64,000 bases of DNA from Candidatus Anstonellales archaeon (GTDB lineage Archaea > Micrarchaeota > Micrarchaeia > Anstonellales > J096), in the NCBI GenBank assembly GCA_038890745.1, contig JAWAFD010000005.1, positions 8,817 through 72,816 of the forward strand, in the 5' to 3' direction. The stretch's first letter is position 1. Every line of letters starts with the position of its first letter. The notes under the pieces were generated by a model, which searched no databases, was not told where the DNA came from, and saw only the letters and a list, made by a program, of their open reading frames with translations. The position numbers and the translations under genes are program-made. This document shows positions 36,449-45,726 of the stretch, piece by piece.

Positions 36449-37531
36449 TTAGAGGAGGTCAAGGTCGCCTGAGTAGGCTGGTGCTGGAAGCGCCTCTTCC
36501 TGTGGGAACTGCCCAAGGATGCTTGCGCCCCTTACGCCAGTAACTATCGCAACGATCTCAAGCTTCCCCTCATAGTTGTTCATTATCCTTGCTCCCCATT
36601 TTACATTTGCCTCCGCGTCCATCTGCTCTGTGATAATCTCTCCTGCTTTTATGGCATCGCCGAGAGTTAGGTCGCTCCCTCCTGAGATGTGGATGAGCGC
36701 GCCCTTCGCTCCCTCAAAACTTACATCAAGAAGCCTGTTCTTCAAAACGCTTTCTGCAGCAGATTTTACCCTGTCTGCTCCTTTTCCTTCTCCAACAGCA
36801 ATGAAACCTACTCCTCCTCCTTTCATGATCGCCCGTACATCTGCAAAATCTATGTTTATGAGGGATGGCTGGGTGATCGTCCACACCAAACCTGAGATCG
36901 CACGCGCCAAGATTTCATCCGCAACCGCAAAAGCCTCTGTCATCGGAAGGTTTGGGACAAGTTGAACAAGCCTGTTGTTATCCAAAATTATTACAGAATC
37001 GCAGTGCTCCCTAAGTTTTTTTATGCTCTCATCAGCTTTCTTTCTTCTCGCCCTTTCAAGAGCGAATGGGTACGTAACCATGGCAACTGTAATCGCACCC
37101 TGCTCCTTTGCTACCTCAGCAACTGTCGGTGCTGCTCCGCCACCCGTTCCTCCACCCATTCCTGCGCATATGAAAACCAGATGCGCACCTTCAAGCTCCT
37201 TTTCTATCAGATGCCTGTCCACTTCAGCCGCTTTTTCACCGATATCGGGATATCCACCTGCACCAAGTCCTTTTGTAATGCTCTTTCCAATCAACACCTT
37301 TTTCGCCCTTTCATGCACAATGTTTAGGTGCTGCTGGTCTGTGTTTATTGCCACAAGGTCTGTTCCCTTTACCCCTGCCTTCACCAATCTGTTTATGGTA
37401 TTGTTTCCGGCTCCTCCGACCCCGCAGGTAACGATCTTTATGTGCTCGTTACCCAAGTCTTCCTCCTCCTTTGCCTCTGTTTTTGAAGAGGCGTTCAAGA
37501 CATCTTTTATCAAACTATCCATCCTGGTCAC
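36449..37531 (-). CDS. ftsZ: Cell division GTPase FtsZ (paralog 1)
   Basis: AGMGGGTGGGAAP signature and GVGGAGNNTI motif. Confidence 0.9.
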   Translation of the reverse strand: MTRMDSLIKDVLNASSKTEAKEEEDLGNEHIKIVTCGVGGAGNNTINRLVKAGVKGTDLVAINTDQQHLNIVHERAKKVLIGKSITKGLGAGGYPDIGEKAAEVDRHLIEKELEGAHLVFICAGMGGGTGGGAAPTVAEVAKEQGAITVAMVTYPFALERARRKKADESIKKLREHCDSVIILDNNRLVQLVPNLPMTEAFAVADEILARAISGLVWTITQPSLINIDFADVRAIMKGGGVGFIAVGEGKGADRVKSAAESVLKNRLLDVSFEGAKGALIHISGGSDLTLGDAIKAGEIITEQMDAEANVKWGARIMNNYEGKLEIVAIVTGVRGASILGQFPQEEALPAPAYSGDLDLL

Positions 37532-37684
37532 CTCGCAGAGGTCTTAAAACATATATTTATATAGTTTATTTTTTTCGTCGAAGAATAGAATACACATTTT
37601 TCAACCAAAACTATCCACTTCCACTAATCCAAGACGAAAAATATTTAAATGTATTTATTGAATGCATTTATTGAGGCGATCAGG

Positions 37685-37915
37685 ATGGTGCGGGTAATCA
37701 CTATTAGGGATGATGTGTACGCAAAGCTGAATAAGCTGAAAAAATCAAAGGGAATGAGTTTCTCTGAAGCAATAGACTACCTTGTTTCTGTTTCGCAGGA
37801 GAAGAGGACAGATTCAAGCATAATGGAGTTTGCCGGTGTTCTTGGGCCTAAGGATGTTGATGAGAGGGAGTTTATTACACTGAAGAGGTGGCTGGATGGC
37901 AAAAATCTGCCTTGA
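37685..37915 (+). CDS. VapB-like antitoxin (track ORF 37649..37915; likely start MVRVITIRDD)
   Basis: Small protein directly upstream of a PIN gene, overlapping it by 20 nt. Confidence 0.5.
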   Translation: MVRVITIRDDVYAKLNKLKKSKGMSFSEAIDYLVSVSQEKRTDSSIMEFAGVLGPKDVDEREFITLKRWLDGKNLP

Positions 37916-38267
37916 TTCTGACATAATCCTAGATTTTTTGGAGGGAAGGAAGGCAACAATAGAGAAATTAAAACATTACATTGAAAAGGAGGAGATAGTC
38001 ACAACAAGCGTTGTGATGTTTGAGGTTCTCTCTAGCGTAAAATCAATTGCGCCTGTGCTCAGGTTTATGGAGCAGCTGGATATTTTGGTTTTTGATAAGC
38101 AGAGCGCTGAGCTTGCATCAAAATTATACAGGGATGGAATGAAAGAAGGGATAAGGATACCTTCGCGTGCGATAATAAACGCGGCTATATGTATGAGGAA
38201 CGATGCCTTTCTTCTTACAAAAAACAGGAATGAATATGAAGGGATAAAGGGGCTGAAGGTTGTTTAA
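37896..38267 (+). CDS. vapC: PIN-domain ribonuclease VapC
   Basis: N-terminal LDSDIILDF acidic PIN motif. 123 aa. Paired with an upstream antitoxin. Confidence 0.7.
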   Translation: MAKICLDSDIILDFLEGRKATIEKLKHYIEKEEIVTTSVVMFEVLSSVKSIAPVLRFMEQLDILVFDKQSAELASKLYRDGMKEGIRIPSRAIINAAICMRNDAFLLTKNRNEYEGIKGLKVV

Positions 38268-38270
38268 AAA

Positions 38271-39992
38271 CTATTTTCTCCTCTGAATCCCGAACATCTC
38301 CTCTATCTCCCTTGTTGTCGTAGCCTCATCTGGCGCTTTATCATTTCTCAACCTTACCATCCTAGGAAATCTAAGCGCATACCCTTTCTCTCCATGCAAA
38401 CCTGCTGTGTGGAGAGGGCTTTCTGTTATTTCATCAAAGGCAACCTCTATCACATATTTTGGCTCTACCCAGAAATCAGGCTTTATTCTGTAAACCAAAT
38501 CCTCGGGTGGCTCTTTTGTTTTTATCTCGCTCAGCAACTCTTTCAGCATCCTCATCTCCTCCTCAGTATATCCGGAGCCGATCTTTGCAATTGTTTCGAG
38601 CTTCCCGCTGTCCTCATTCCTAACCGCAACAAGAAGTCCTCCAAACTCAAACTCTGCCCTCGCTCCTTTTCCCAAATAATACCCAACGATCACCGCATCC
38701 ACAGTATCCACTGCCTTCCCATAGCTCTTTTTCAACTTTATCCATGCAAACTTTCTTTTTCCGGCTGTGTATGGCGCGTTAAGGTCTTTTGCAACTATCC
38801 CCTCTAATCCCTTATTTATAGAATCGTTGAAAAATTCTTCCAGTTTTTTTGGGTTGTCTGTTTCTATGCTCTCAGCAACTTCAAGGATTCCTGATGGGAA
38901 AACCTTTTTGAGCGCATTCCTCCTTTCTTTATACGGCTTTGTTGTGTAATCCTCCCCGTTAAGATAAAGAAGGTCAAAAACAAAAACATACAGCGGAAAT
39001 TCTACGCTCGCCTTCTCTATTCCGTATTTTCTCCTCCTGTGCATAGTTTCCTGAAAAGAATAAAACCTGTTTTTCTTTTTGTTGAAAGCAAGCGCCTCTC
39101 CCTCAAAAATTATTTCATTTGTTTTTAATTTTTTTATTGCGTTAACAACATCCGGAAACATCGGTGTCATCACATCTAATCTTCGCGAGTATATCTGCAC
39201 ATTTATACCCTTTTTATGACATTGCATCCTAAACCCATCGTATTTTCTTTCCACCGCGCACCTTCCAATCTTTTTTATTATCTCCTCAGCTGATGCAAGC
39301 CTTTCTGCAAGGGCGGGCATAAGGGGTTTGAATGGCTGGATCTTGAACTTTGATATTTTTTTGTAATCCTCCATCGCTGTTCTCACAACATATCCCAGAT
39401 CAGAGCAAAGGTTGTACGCTCGCTCTATCTCCTCCCTTTTTTCCTTTGTTCCAAACAAAGCAACACTCAGCCCATCCAAAATGGTTGGGTCCCCCACCCC
39501 CAATCTTAATCTTCCCAAAACTATTCTTATGATATATTTTGCCTCTACTGGTTTTGAGTTGTTCAAAAGCTCCACAAGCATCTTTATTTTTGCTTCCTGA
39601 CTTCCTGCACCGGATGCCTTCGCGATCTTAACGAGGATATCGTACACATACAAAACGCTGAGCTGTTTTGCAAAAAGAGACATCTGCTTTTTTGCTTTCA
39701 GGAGTTCTTCAGCAACCCTCCCCAAATCCCCTATCTCCTTGTATTTCTTTTCCACAACATTTTTAGGGTAGCCTGTGGATTGGGAGATTGCCTCTATTGC
39801 AAACCTCTCCCCAAGCCCTAAGTTCAGCCCCATGTAAGGTGGAGCCAACTGCCCTTGAAGGAGGTAGGAAATTTTCTCAGCTTCTTCTGGGTTTGTTTTT
39901 TTGAACATACCGGCGAGAAGGTCTGTCATCTCAAGCCTTCCGCTTTTTCCTTCTATCTCCTCAAATATTTTTGCCAGCTCGGCAAAGTTCAT
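38271..39992 (-). CDS. lig: ATP-dependent DNA ligase
   Basis: Adenylation motif I KYDGFR. 573 aa, full domain architecture. Confidence 0.9.
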   Translation of the reverse strand: MNFAELAKIFEEIEGKSGRLEMTDLLAGMFKKTNPEEAEKISYLLQGQLAPPYMGLNLGLGERFAIEAISQSTGYPKNVVEKKYKEIGDLGRVAEELLKAKKQMSLFAKQLSVLYVYDILVKIAKASGAGSQEAKIKMLVELLNNSKPVEAKYIIRIVLGRLRLGVGDPTILDGLSVALFGTKEKREEIERAYNLCSDLGYVVRTAMEDYKKISKFKIQPFKPLMPALAERLASAEEIIKKIGRCAVERKYDGFRMQCHKKGINVQIYSRRLDVMTPMFPDVVNAIKKLKTNEIIFEGEALAFNKKKNRFYSFQETMHRRRKYGIEKASVEFPLYVFVFDLLYLNGEDYTTKPYKERRNALKKVFPSGILEVAESIETDNPKKLEEFFNDSINKGLEGIVAKDLNAPYTAGKRKFAWIKLKKSYGKAVDTVDAVIVGYYLGKGARAEFEFGGLLVAVRNEDSGKLETIAKIGSGYTEEEMRMLKELLSEIKTKEPPEDLVYRIKPDFWVEPKYVIEVAFDEITESPLHTAGLHGEKGYALRFPRMVRLRNDKAPDEATTTREIEEMFGIQRRK

Positions 39993-40039
39993 GGAGAGGT
40001 TTGAGGGATTGCATATTTAAACATTTTTGTTAATAATAA

Positions 40040-40630
40040 TTGGGGGTAAGTATGGCCAAAACAAGTACTGCCAGGATGATAAGGAATCTGATGGAGAAAA
40101 AGAACGGGTACGAGCTTTTTGTGGCTCTTGAGAAGAGACTCAATCTCCGTGAGATGAGATTTAATTCCAAAAAACTTGATCCTGATGGAATCGGGGCTTT
40201 AGCAGATGCGTATGAAAAAGTCTTGAATAAACCAAAAGCAACGCTGCTAAGGGATTTTATAGACTACCTTTCTGTAAGGGCAGAGAATGGAATGGGGATA
40301 GCAAAACATAATCTAGACTGCGATATGTTTTGCGAGTTTTTGGAAAGTTATATTATCGCGAATGATACTGAAAGAATAGAATTGCTCCAGGATGTTTATA
40401 AGGATGGTGGGCCGTTTAAAGATGCAATAGATGCGTATTATAAAAAAGCGGCAGCAGATGACCAAACCCCATTACTTGATTATGTGTATGAAAGGGCAGT
40501 TATCACAAAAGACCCTGAACTGCTGAGATTAGCATACCAATTACATAAAGAGGCATCAGAGTACGATGGGTGGGATAAGAATGTAAGAATGCTTCTGCTT
40601 GGGGCGATGCTTTCTGAGGTGGGGGAATAA
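40040..40630 (+). CDS. Hypothetical protein
   Basis: 196-aa ORF with no recognisable motif. Confidence 0.35.
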   Translation: MGVSMAKTSTARMIRNLMEKKNGYELFVALEKRLNLREMRFNSKKLDPDGIGALADAYEKVLNKPKATLLRDFIDYLSVRAENGMGIAKHNLDCDMFCEFLESYIIANDTERIELLQDVYKDGGPFKDAIDAYYKKAAADDQTPLLDYVYERAVITKDPELLRLAYQLHKEASEYDGWDKNVRMLLLGAMLSEVGE

Positions 40631-40660
40631 CTTTTTATTCTTTTTTAAAGAGTTTATTCC

Positions 40661-41578
40661 ATGCAGGCGAAAACAAAGAAAACCATTTCTGATATAAAGG
40701 CACTAAAAATACAGGGGGCAAGGAATGTTGCAAAAGCAGCGCTTAATGCTTTAATATACGAGATTGAAAACTCAAAAGAAAAAAGCTCAAATGAATTTGT
40801 GAGGAAAATTTCAAAAACAATAGAAGTGCTAAGCAAGGCAAGGCCAACAGAGCCGATGCTTAGGAATGTTATGGGAAGGGCGCAGAACTATATTGTGAAA
40901 AACAGGAGGAAGGACGCTGCGCTTTTGAAAAACGGCGCGGTTTCTGAATGCAGAAAAATTTTAAAATACATGGATGAAAGCGTGGAGAAGATTAAAGAGT
41001 ACGGGGCAAAATACCTTCCTGAAAAAGCAACGGTACTCGTTCACTGCCACTCCTCCACCGTAACTGGAATAATAAAAAGAGCGGTGAAGATGGGAAAAGA
41101 AATAGATGTTATTGCATGCGAAACAAGGCCAAGGTATCAGGGCAGGATTACTGCAAAGGAGCTCGCAGAGGAAGGAATAAAGGTAACCTTTATCGTAGAT
41201 GGGGCGATGAATGTTTTTGCTAGAAAGGCTGATCTGGCTCTTGTTGGTGCGGACGCAATAACCGCTGCCGGTGATCTGGTGAATAAGATAGGAACATCAA
41301 CCCTCGCGCGCATAATCCGGACTCATGACAAAAGCTTTTTTTCTGCTGCTGAAACACTAAAATATGACCCAATGACCCAGTATGGGGCAAGGGAGGAGAT
41401 AGAAGAAAGGGACCCTGATGAAGTGTGGGATATAAGGATGAAAAACCTGAAAATAAGAAATCCTGCGTTTGATGTCACAGCCGCAAAATACATAAATGCG
41501 TACATAACAGAGAAAGGGATAATCCCGCCGCAGTCTCTTATCAGCGTGCTCGAAAAGGAAAGAGAAGAAAAAGTTTAA
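40661..41578 (+). CDS. eIF-2B alpha/beta/delta-family protein (archaeal aIF-2B / ribose-1,5-bisphosphate isomerase-like)
   Basis: Family core VLVHCHSSTV...GADAITAAGDLVNKIGT. 305 aa. Confidence 0.6.
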   Translation: MQAKTKKTISDIKALKIQGARNVAKAALNALIYEIENSKEKSSNEFVRKISKTIEVLSKARPTEPMLRNVMGRAQNYIVKNRRKDAALLKNGAVSECRKILKYMDESVEKIKEYGAKYLPEKATVLVHCHSSTVTGIIKRAVKMGKEIDVIACETRPRYQGRITAKELAEEGIKVTFIVDGAMNVFARKADLALVGADAITAAGDLVNKIGTSTLARIIRTHDKSFFSAAETLKYDPMTQYGAREEIEERDPDEVWDIRMKNLKIRNPAFDVTAAKYINAYITEKGIIPPQSLISVLEKEREEKV

Positions 41579-41603
41579 AACCTAATTTATCAGTATTAAA
41601 ACA

Positions 41604-41812
41604 GCGGTTGTGGTCTAGAGGTAGGACTCTGGCTTCCCAAGCCAGCGGCCCGGGTTCAAAACCAAACCCAGGGGGAAGTTTCCCCCTAGGTTCCAGGTCT
41701 CCTCCTTAACCCCATCACTTTTGCTCGTATAAGATAGGGGGGTAGAAGCGTGAGGGGGGAATAAGAATATGCTTAAGTCCCCCCTTGGCTGGTGGAAATC
41801 CCGGCAACCGCA
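41604..41812 (+). tRNA. tRNA-Gly(CCC) interrupted by an intron of about 138 nt in the T-loop (exon 1 about 41604..41660, exon 2 about 41799..41812)
   Basis: Acceptor GCGGTTG pairs with CAACCGC+A 200 nt downstream. D-arm GTC/GAC. Anticodon stem CTGGC/GCCAG with loop TTCCCAA. T-stem CCGGG (41650..41654) pairs with CCCGG (41800..41804). The T-loop TTCAAA|..|T is split. The intron contains GGGGGAAGTTTCCCCC and G6/C6 hairpins. Confidence 0.7.
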
Positions 41813-41837
41813 CTATAAAAAAATTTAAAAATACTTT

Positions 41838-42542
41838 GTGGTTAAATATTTTATGCGGTGGGGGATAAAACATTCATTTTCTGTTTTTGAGGATAGGCTT
41901 CCATATCTAAAAAGAGCTGAAATAAAAAGATACAGAGGAATTCTTCCGAAGTTTTCAGAAGAGTATGAAAGAAAATTTGGAAGGGAAAAATTGACAAGGA
42001 TCGCATTTCCGCTCATAGAGGAAGCAATCACAAAATACCCGCCAAAGAACTTTCAGAAAGGATATGTCGGCGAGAGTTTGGCCGCGGCAGTGGTCTCTCT
42101 ATTTATGGATGAAAGCGAACTCCTTATAAGAAATCTAAAATTTTTCTACGAGTTTGGATGCGGGGAAATAGACTTGGCGATATTCAACGGTCCTTTCTTG
42201 ACCGCAATAGGTGAGGTAAAAACTGGTGTAAATGGAAAACACAAAAGAAACCTTTCGAAAGTAAGGCACATCCGCGAGGCCCTGGGCTTAAGCGTAGATA
42301 GAGAAGAGATAAGTATTCTAAGCAGAATCTCTTTATCAGTAGCAAACATAGAGGGAATGACTAAAATAAGTCCGGTTAGGATAGACCTGGGCCCGAACAA
42401 AATAGAAATATACATTATGTATATGGCAAAGCTTTTTTCAGTCGGCCCATGGGACGCATGCTCAGAGAGTAATCCAACCATCAAAATACCCATTCACTCA
42501 TCTGGAATAGGAATCCTTGCGGATGAATTGAAAATGTTGTAA
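41838..42542 (+). CDS. PD-(D/E)xK nuclease-fold protein (hypothetical)
   Basis: GEIDLAIF...AIGEVKTG resembles the D...E-x-K restriction-endonuclease-like core. Confidence 0.35.
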   Translation: MVKYFMRWGIKHSFSVFEDRLPYLKRAEIKRYRGILPKFSEEYERKFGREKLTRIAFPLIEEAITKYPPKNFQKGYVGESLAAAVVSLFMDESELLIRNLKFFYEFGCGEIDLAIFNGPFLTAIGEVKTGVNGKHKRNLSKVRHIREALGLSVDREEISILSRISLSVANIEGMTKISPVRIDLGPNKIEIYIMYMAKLFSVGPWDACSESNPTIKIPIHSSGIGILADELKML

Positions 42543-42558
42543 ATAAGAAATTGAGTGC
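42531..42558. repeat. 28-bp direct repeat flanking the MNT/HEPN insertion (copy 2 at 43495..43522)
   Basis: aaaatgttgtaaataagaaattgagtgc is identical at both sites. Copy 1 contains the stop of 41838..42542. Copy 2 abuts the 3' end of the 5S rRNA gene. Confidence 0.8.
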
Positions 42559-42599
42559 GAATGGATGAGTTTATAAATATTGCTATAAAAATATAGCAC

Positions 42600-43124
42600 A
42601 TGCTACAAAAATATAGCAGGTACAAAATTCTGCAGAAGTTTTTCGACTTTCCAACAAAAAGTTTTTATATGAGAGAGATTTCGAGGATTGTTGGAATATC
42701 CCAACCATCAACAATAGCACATCTAAAAGCATTGGTAAAGGAAGGATTCATAATAAAAGAAAAGAAAGGTATATACCCATCATTCAAAGCAAATAGAGAA
42801 AATGAGCGGTTTAGGGTATACAAAAAATTAGACCTTATAATAAGGATGCATGATAGCGGCTTTATAAACTATATCCTTGATCTCTGCCTACCCGACTCAT
42901 TGATACTGTACGGATCGGCTTCTAAGGGAGAGGACATAGAAACCAGCGATATCGATATATTTATTCAGTCTAAGGAGAAAAAAATAATTGTTGGGAAATA
43001 TGAAAAATTATTTAATAGAAGAATTGCTCTTTTTTTTGAAGAAAACTTCTCGAGATTACCCGCAGAACTAAAAAACAATATTCTAAATGGGGTAGTACTA
43101 CACGGGTATATAAAGGTGTTCTAG
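42600..43124 (+). CDS. Minimal nucleotidyltransferase (MNT) with N-terminal wHTH
   Basis: GSASKGEDIETSDIDIFI is the GS-x(n)-D-x-D nucleotidyltransferase motif. Confidence 0.6.
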   Translation: MLQKYSRYKILQKFFDFPTKSFYMREISRIVGISQPSTIAHLKALVKEGFIIKEKKGIYPSFKANRENERFRVYKKLDLIIRMHDSGFINYILDLCLPDSLILYGSASKGEDIETSDIDIFIQSKEKKIIVGKYEKLFNRRIALFFEENFSRLPAELKNNILNGVVLHGYIKVF

Positions 43125-43550
43125 ATGGAGTTGATTAAGGTTACGCCCAATAGAGAAAGGGCTGTTAGCATCCTTCGCATGGTTTCTTTAATAGAGAAAA
43201 GAATAGAGAAAGAGGATAAAGAAAAAATGGCTGCACTCATAATAGTGGATTATTATGAAATGATGAAGGAGCTCATCACTGCGATACTCTTAATCGATGG
43301 GTATAAAACACTGAGCCATAAAGATCTGATAGAATATCTTAAACAACACTATCCTGAATTCAACCAACACGACATTTCAATCTTGGATAGAATTAGAGTT
43401 CTGCGAAACAGGGTAAGTTATGAAGGTTTTTTTATTGAGCCATCCTACCTTACTAGGAATGAAAATACCTTCAAAAAAATAATTCAAAAATTAAAAAATG
43501 TTGTAAATAAGAAATTGAGTGCCAACAGCAGCCGCCTTTCCCGCCCATAG
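43125..43550 (+). CDS. HEPN-like partner of MNT (putative type VII TA toxin)
   Basis: Small helical protein immediately after MNT (stop/start abut), with an R-x(4)-type motif (RVLRNRVSYEG). The last 10 codons or so run antisense into the 5S rRNA gene. Confidence 0.4.
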   Translation: MELIKVTPNRERAVSILRMVSLIEKRIEKEDKEKMAALIIVDYYEMMKELITAILLIDGYKTLSHKDLIEYLKQHYPEFNQHDISILDRIRVLRNRVSYEGFFIEPSYLTRNENTFKKIIQKLKNVVNKKLSANSSRLSRP

Positions 43551-43635
43551 GGCAGTAATCGGACAGCCGTGAGAGGGCTTAACTTCTGTGTTCGGGATGG
43601 GAACAGGTGTTACCCCTCTCCTATGGCCGTTGGCA
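43520..43635 (-). rRNA. rrf: 5S ribosomal RNA
   Basis: The minus strand reads UGCCAACGGCCAUAGGAGAGGGGUAACACCUGUUCCCAUCCCGAACACAGAAGUUAAGCCCUCUCACGGCUGUCCGAUUACUGCCCUAUGGGCGGGAAAGGCGGCUGCUGUUGGCA. Terminal helix GCCAAC/GUUGGC, plus universal 5S boxes CCGAAC..GAAGUUAAGCCC and UACUGCC. Confidence 0.85.
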
Positions 43636-43666
43636 AAGAGATTTTCTGTAAAGAAATGTTTTTAAA

Positions 43667-44164
43667 TCATTTCTTAACTCCCAAACTTTCATATGCGTTA
43701 TTAACTTCTTTTTTTGCTTCTTCCAACATTTTTATTTCATCGCGCATGGCTTTAATTTGTTCCATGTTCTCTGATAGCATATACAGAGAATATCCCAAAA
43801 GCATCAATGTTGCAATCGTAGATGGCAACAAACCAAACCCAAGATGGAGGAATCGGTCTGCAACGGTAAGGGCCAATGAGCCAACAAAAGCACTAAAAAG
43901 AATAGTTAGTACATGAATACTAAACACCTTGTCAATTTTTAACAGTTTTTTGGTCCGGTACAAATCATCTTCAATCTCGCGTTCCAGAACACTTAAGATA
44001 TTTTCTGGTTTTTTATTTTTATAGTTATATTCGCAATCTCTGCATGGGTCCTCTGTCAAAAGAACGTTCTTTTTACCAAATGCAAATTTGTTGTACGTCT
44101 GCACCAATTCATTCATATGTTGCGGAAATTTGCTCATGTCTAAAGGTTTTATCGTCCTTCCCAT
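43667..44164 (-). CDS. Hypothetical membrane protein (2 TM)
   Basis: Hydrophobic segments VFSIHVLTILFSAFVGSLALTV and IATLMLLGYSLYML. Confidence 0.4.
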   Translation of the reverse strand: MGRTIKPLDMSKFPQHMNELVQTYNKFAFGKKNVLLTEDPCRDCEYNYKNKKPENILSVLEREIEDDLYRTKKLLKIDKVFSIHVLTILFSAFVGSLALTVADRFLHLGFGLLPSTIATLMLLGYSLYMLSENMEQIKAMRDEIKMLEEAKKEVNNAYESLGVKK

Positions 44165-44227
44165 AATACCACCATTTTACATTTTTTAACCGAACATTAT
44201 TTAAAACATTTCGCTTCCTCTTTCCTC

Positions 44228-45718
44228 ATGGAAAAAATAACGCACTGGGCAGAAAGGCTTGCAAACGAGGTAATTGCAAAAAAAACAGAGCCATACATAA
44301 TTACCGGTGGGATGACAACCTCTGGACCTGCGCACCTTGGAACTGTTTGTGAGTTTCTTTTTCCGGATATGGTTAGGAGGGTTTTGGAGGGAAAGGGGAG
44401 GAAAGTAAAATTTTATTTTGTCGCAGATATAATGGATGCTTTTGATTCCATTCCTGCTTCTCTGGAAGAAAAACGAAAGATGCTAGAGCCGCATCTTGGA
44501 AAGCCATTGTGCTATGTTCCTTCTCCGGATAGTAGGGCGAAAAGTTATGGCGACTATTTCTTGGAGCAGGCAATGTATTTAATGAAAGTTTTTGGGGTTG
44601 GATGCGAAGTTGCCCGAGTAAATGAGCTCTATGAAAGAGGGGCTTTTGATAAGTATGCAAAGTTATTTTTTGAGAAATTAGAGATTGTTAAGGAGATCGT
44701 TGAGAAAACGAGTGGAAGGCAGCTTCCCAAGGACTGGAGCCCTATAATGCCTGTATGTGAAAAATGCGGAAAGATAGCGACAACAAGGGTTTTGAGCTAT
44801 AATAGTAATGGGGAGTACGAGTATTCCTGCGATAAGGATGTTGAGTATACAAAAGGATGCGGGTTTGTTGGGAAAGCAAAAATTTCTGACCATAGGTATA
44901 AGTTGCAGTGGAGGTTGCACTGGCCTTCTTGGCAGGACTACTTTAAAACAAGCATAGAAGGAGGGGGGGTGGACCATTTTACAAAGGGTGGGAGCTGGGA
45001 TACTGCAAAAGAGATTCATAGAAAGGTTTTTGGAAAAGAGCCGCCAATTGGGTATAAATATGGGTTTATACTATTTGAAGGAAAGAAATACTCAAAAAGC
45101 AAAGGAATAGGCATGGGAATGATGGAGATAATAAAGCTCGTTCCTCCTGAGGTAGTTGCATATACGCTCATAAAATTCGACCTTGAAGAAAACATAGATT
45201 TTGTTCCTTCAAAAGAGAATGTGCTAAAAATGATAGAGGATTATGAGTATGCATCTGAGTTAAAGGATGCTGAAGAAAAGGCTGATGTAAAAAAGAAAAA
45301 AGCGTACGAGCTTGCCGGAAAAAGAACATGGAAAGCAAAGTTCAGGGATGTTTTGCTTTACTATCAGATTTATAGGGAATGGGATAAGGTTGAGAGATTT
45401 TTAGGGAATGTGGAGTATGTTAAGCCATTTATAGAGGAATGGATAGCAAAAAAATTTGTTCCGGAGACCTATGATTTTGCGTATAGACCAAAAAAAGCAA
45501 CCGGCGCAGTAAAAGAATTTTTTGAAAGTTTGAAGGAAGGAATGAGCGATGTTGAGATACACAACAGAATTTACGAATTTGCAAGGGGAAGTGGAATAGA
45601 ACCCTCTGAATTCTTTAAGCAGATCTACCAAACCTTGATAGGAAAGGATAGAGGGCCGAAAGCAGGAAGGTTGATAGAGGTTTTAGGAGTGGAAAGGGTA
45701 AAAAAAGACGTTTTATGA
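44228..45718 (+). CDS. lysK: Lysyl-tRNA synthetase, class I (archaeal LysK type)
   Basis: N-terminal GGMTTSGPAHLGTVCEF (class I HIGH-type motif as in archaeal LysRS). KMSKS-like KYSKSKG. Zn-binding CEKCGK. Confidence 0.75.
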   Translation: MEKITHWAERLANEVIAKKTEPYIITGGMTTSGPAHLGTVCEFLFPDMVRRVLEGKGRKVKFYFVADIMDAFDSIPASLEEKRKMLEPHLGKPLCYVPSPDSRAKSYGDYFLEQAMYLMKVFGVGCEVARVNELYERGAFDKYAKLFFEKLEIVKEIVEKTSGRQLPKDWSPIMPVCEKCGKIATTRVLSYNSNGEYEYSCDKDVEYTKGCGFVGKAKISDHRYKLQWRLHWPSWQDYFKTSIEGGGVDHFTKGGSWDTAKEIHRKVFGKEPPIGYKYGFILFEGKKYSKSKGIGMGMMEIIKLVPPEVVAYTLIKFDLEENIDFVPSKENVLKMIEDYEYASELKDAEEKADVKKKKAYELAGKRTWKAKFRDVLLYYQIYREWDKVERFLGNVEYVKPFIEEWIAKKFVPETYDFAYRPKKATGAVKEFFESLKEGMSDVEIHNRIYEFARGSGIEPSEFFKQIYQTLIGKDRGPKAGRLIEVLGVERVKKDVL

Positions 45719-45726
45719 TTTCAGAG

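Noticed and set aside
35406-37547. Plus-strand ORFs 35406..35804, 36019..36258, 36576..36965, 36975..37547
   Set aside because: They are antisense within the two FtsZ genes.
41661-41798. Possible independent small ncRNA between the two tRNA halves
   Set aside because: The flanking sequences complete a perfect tRNA cloverleaf. The segment is best explained as an intron, though it could additionally be processed into a stable RNA.
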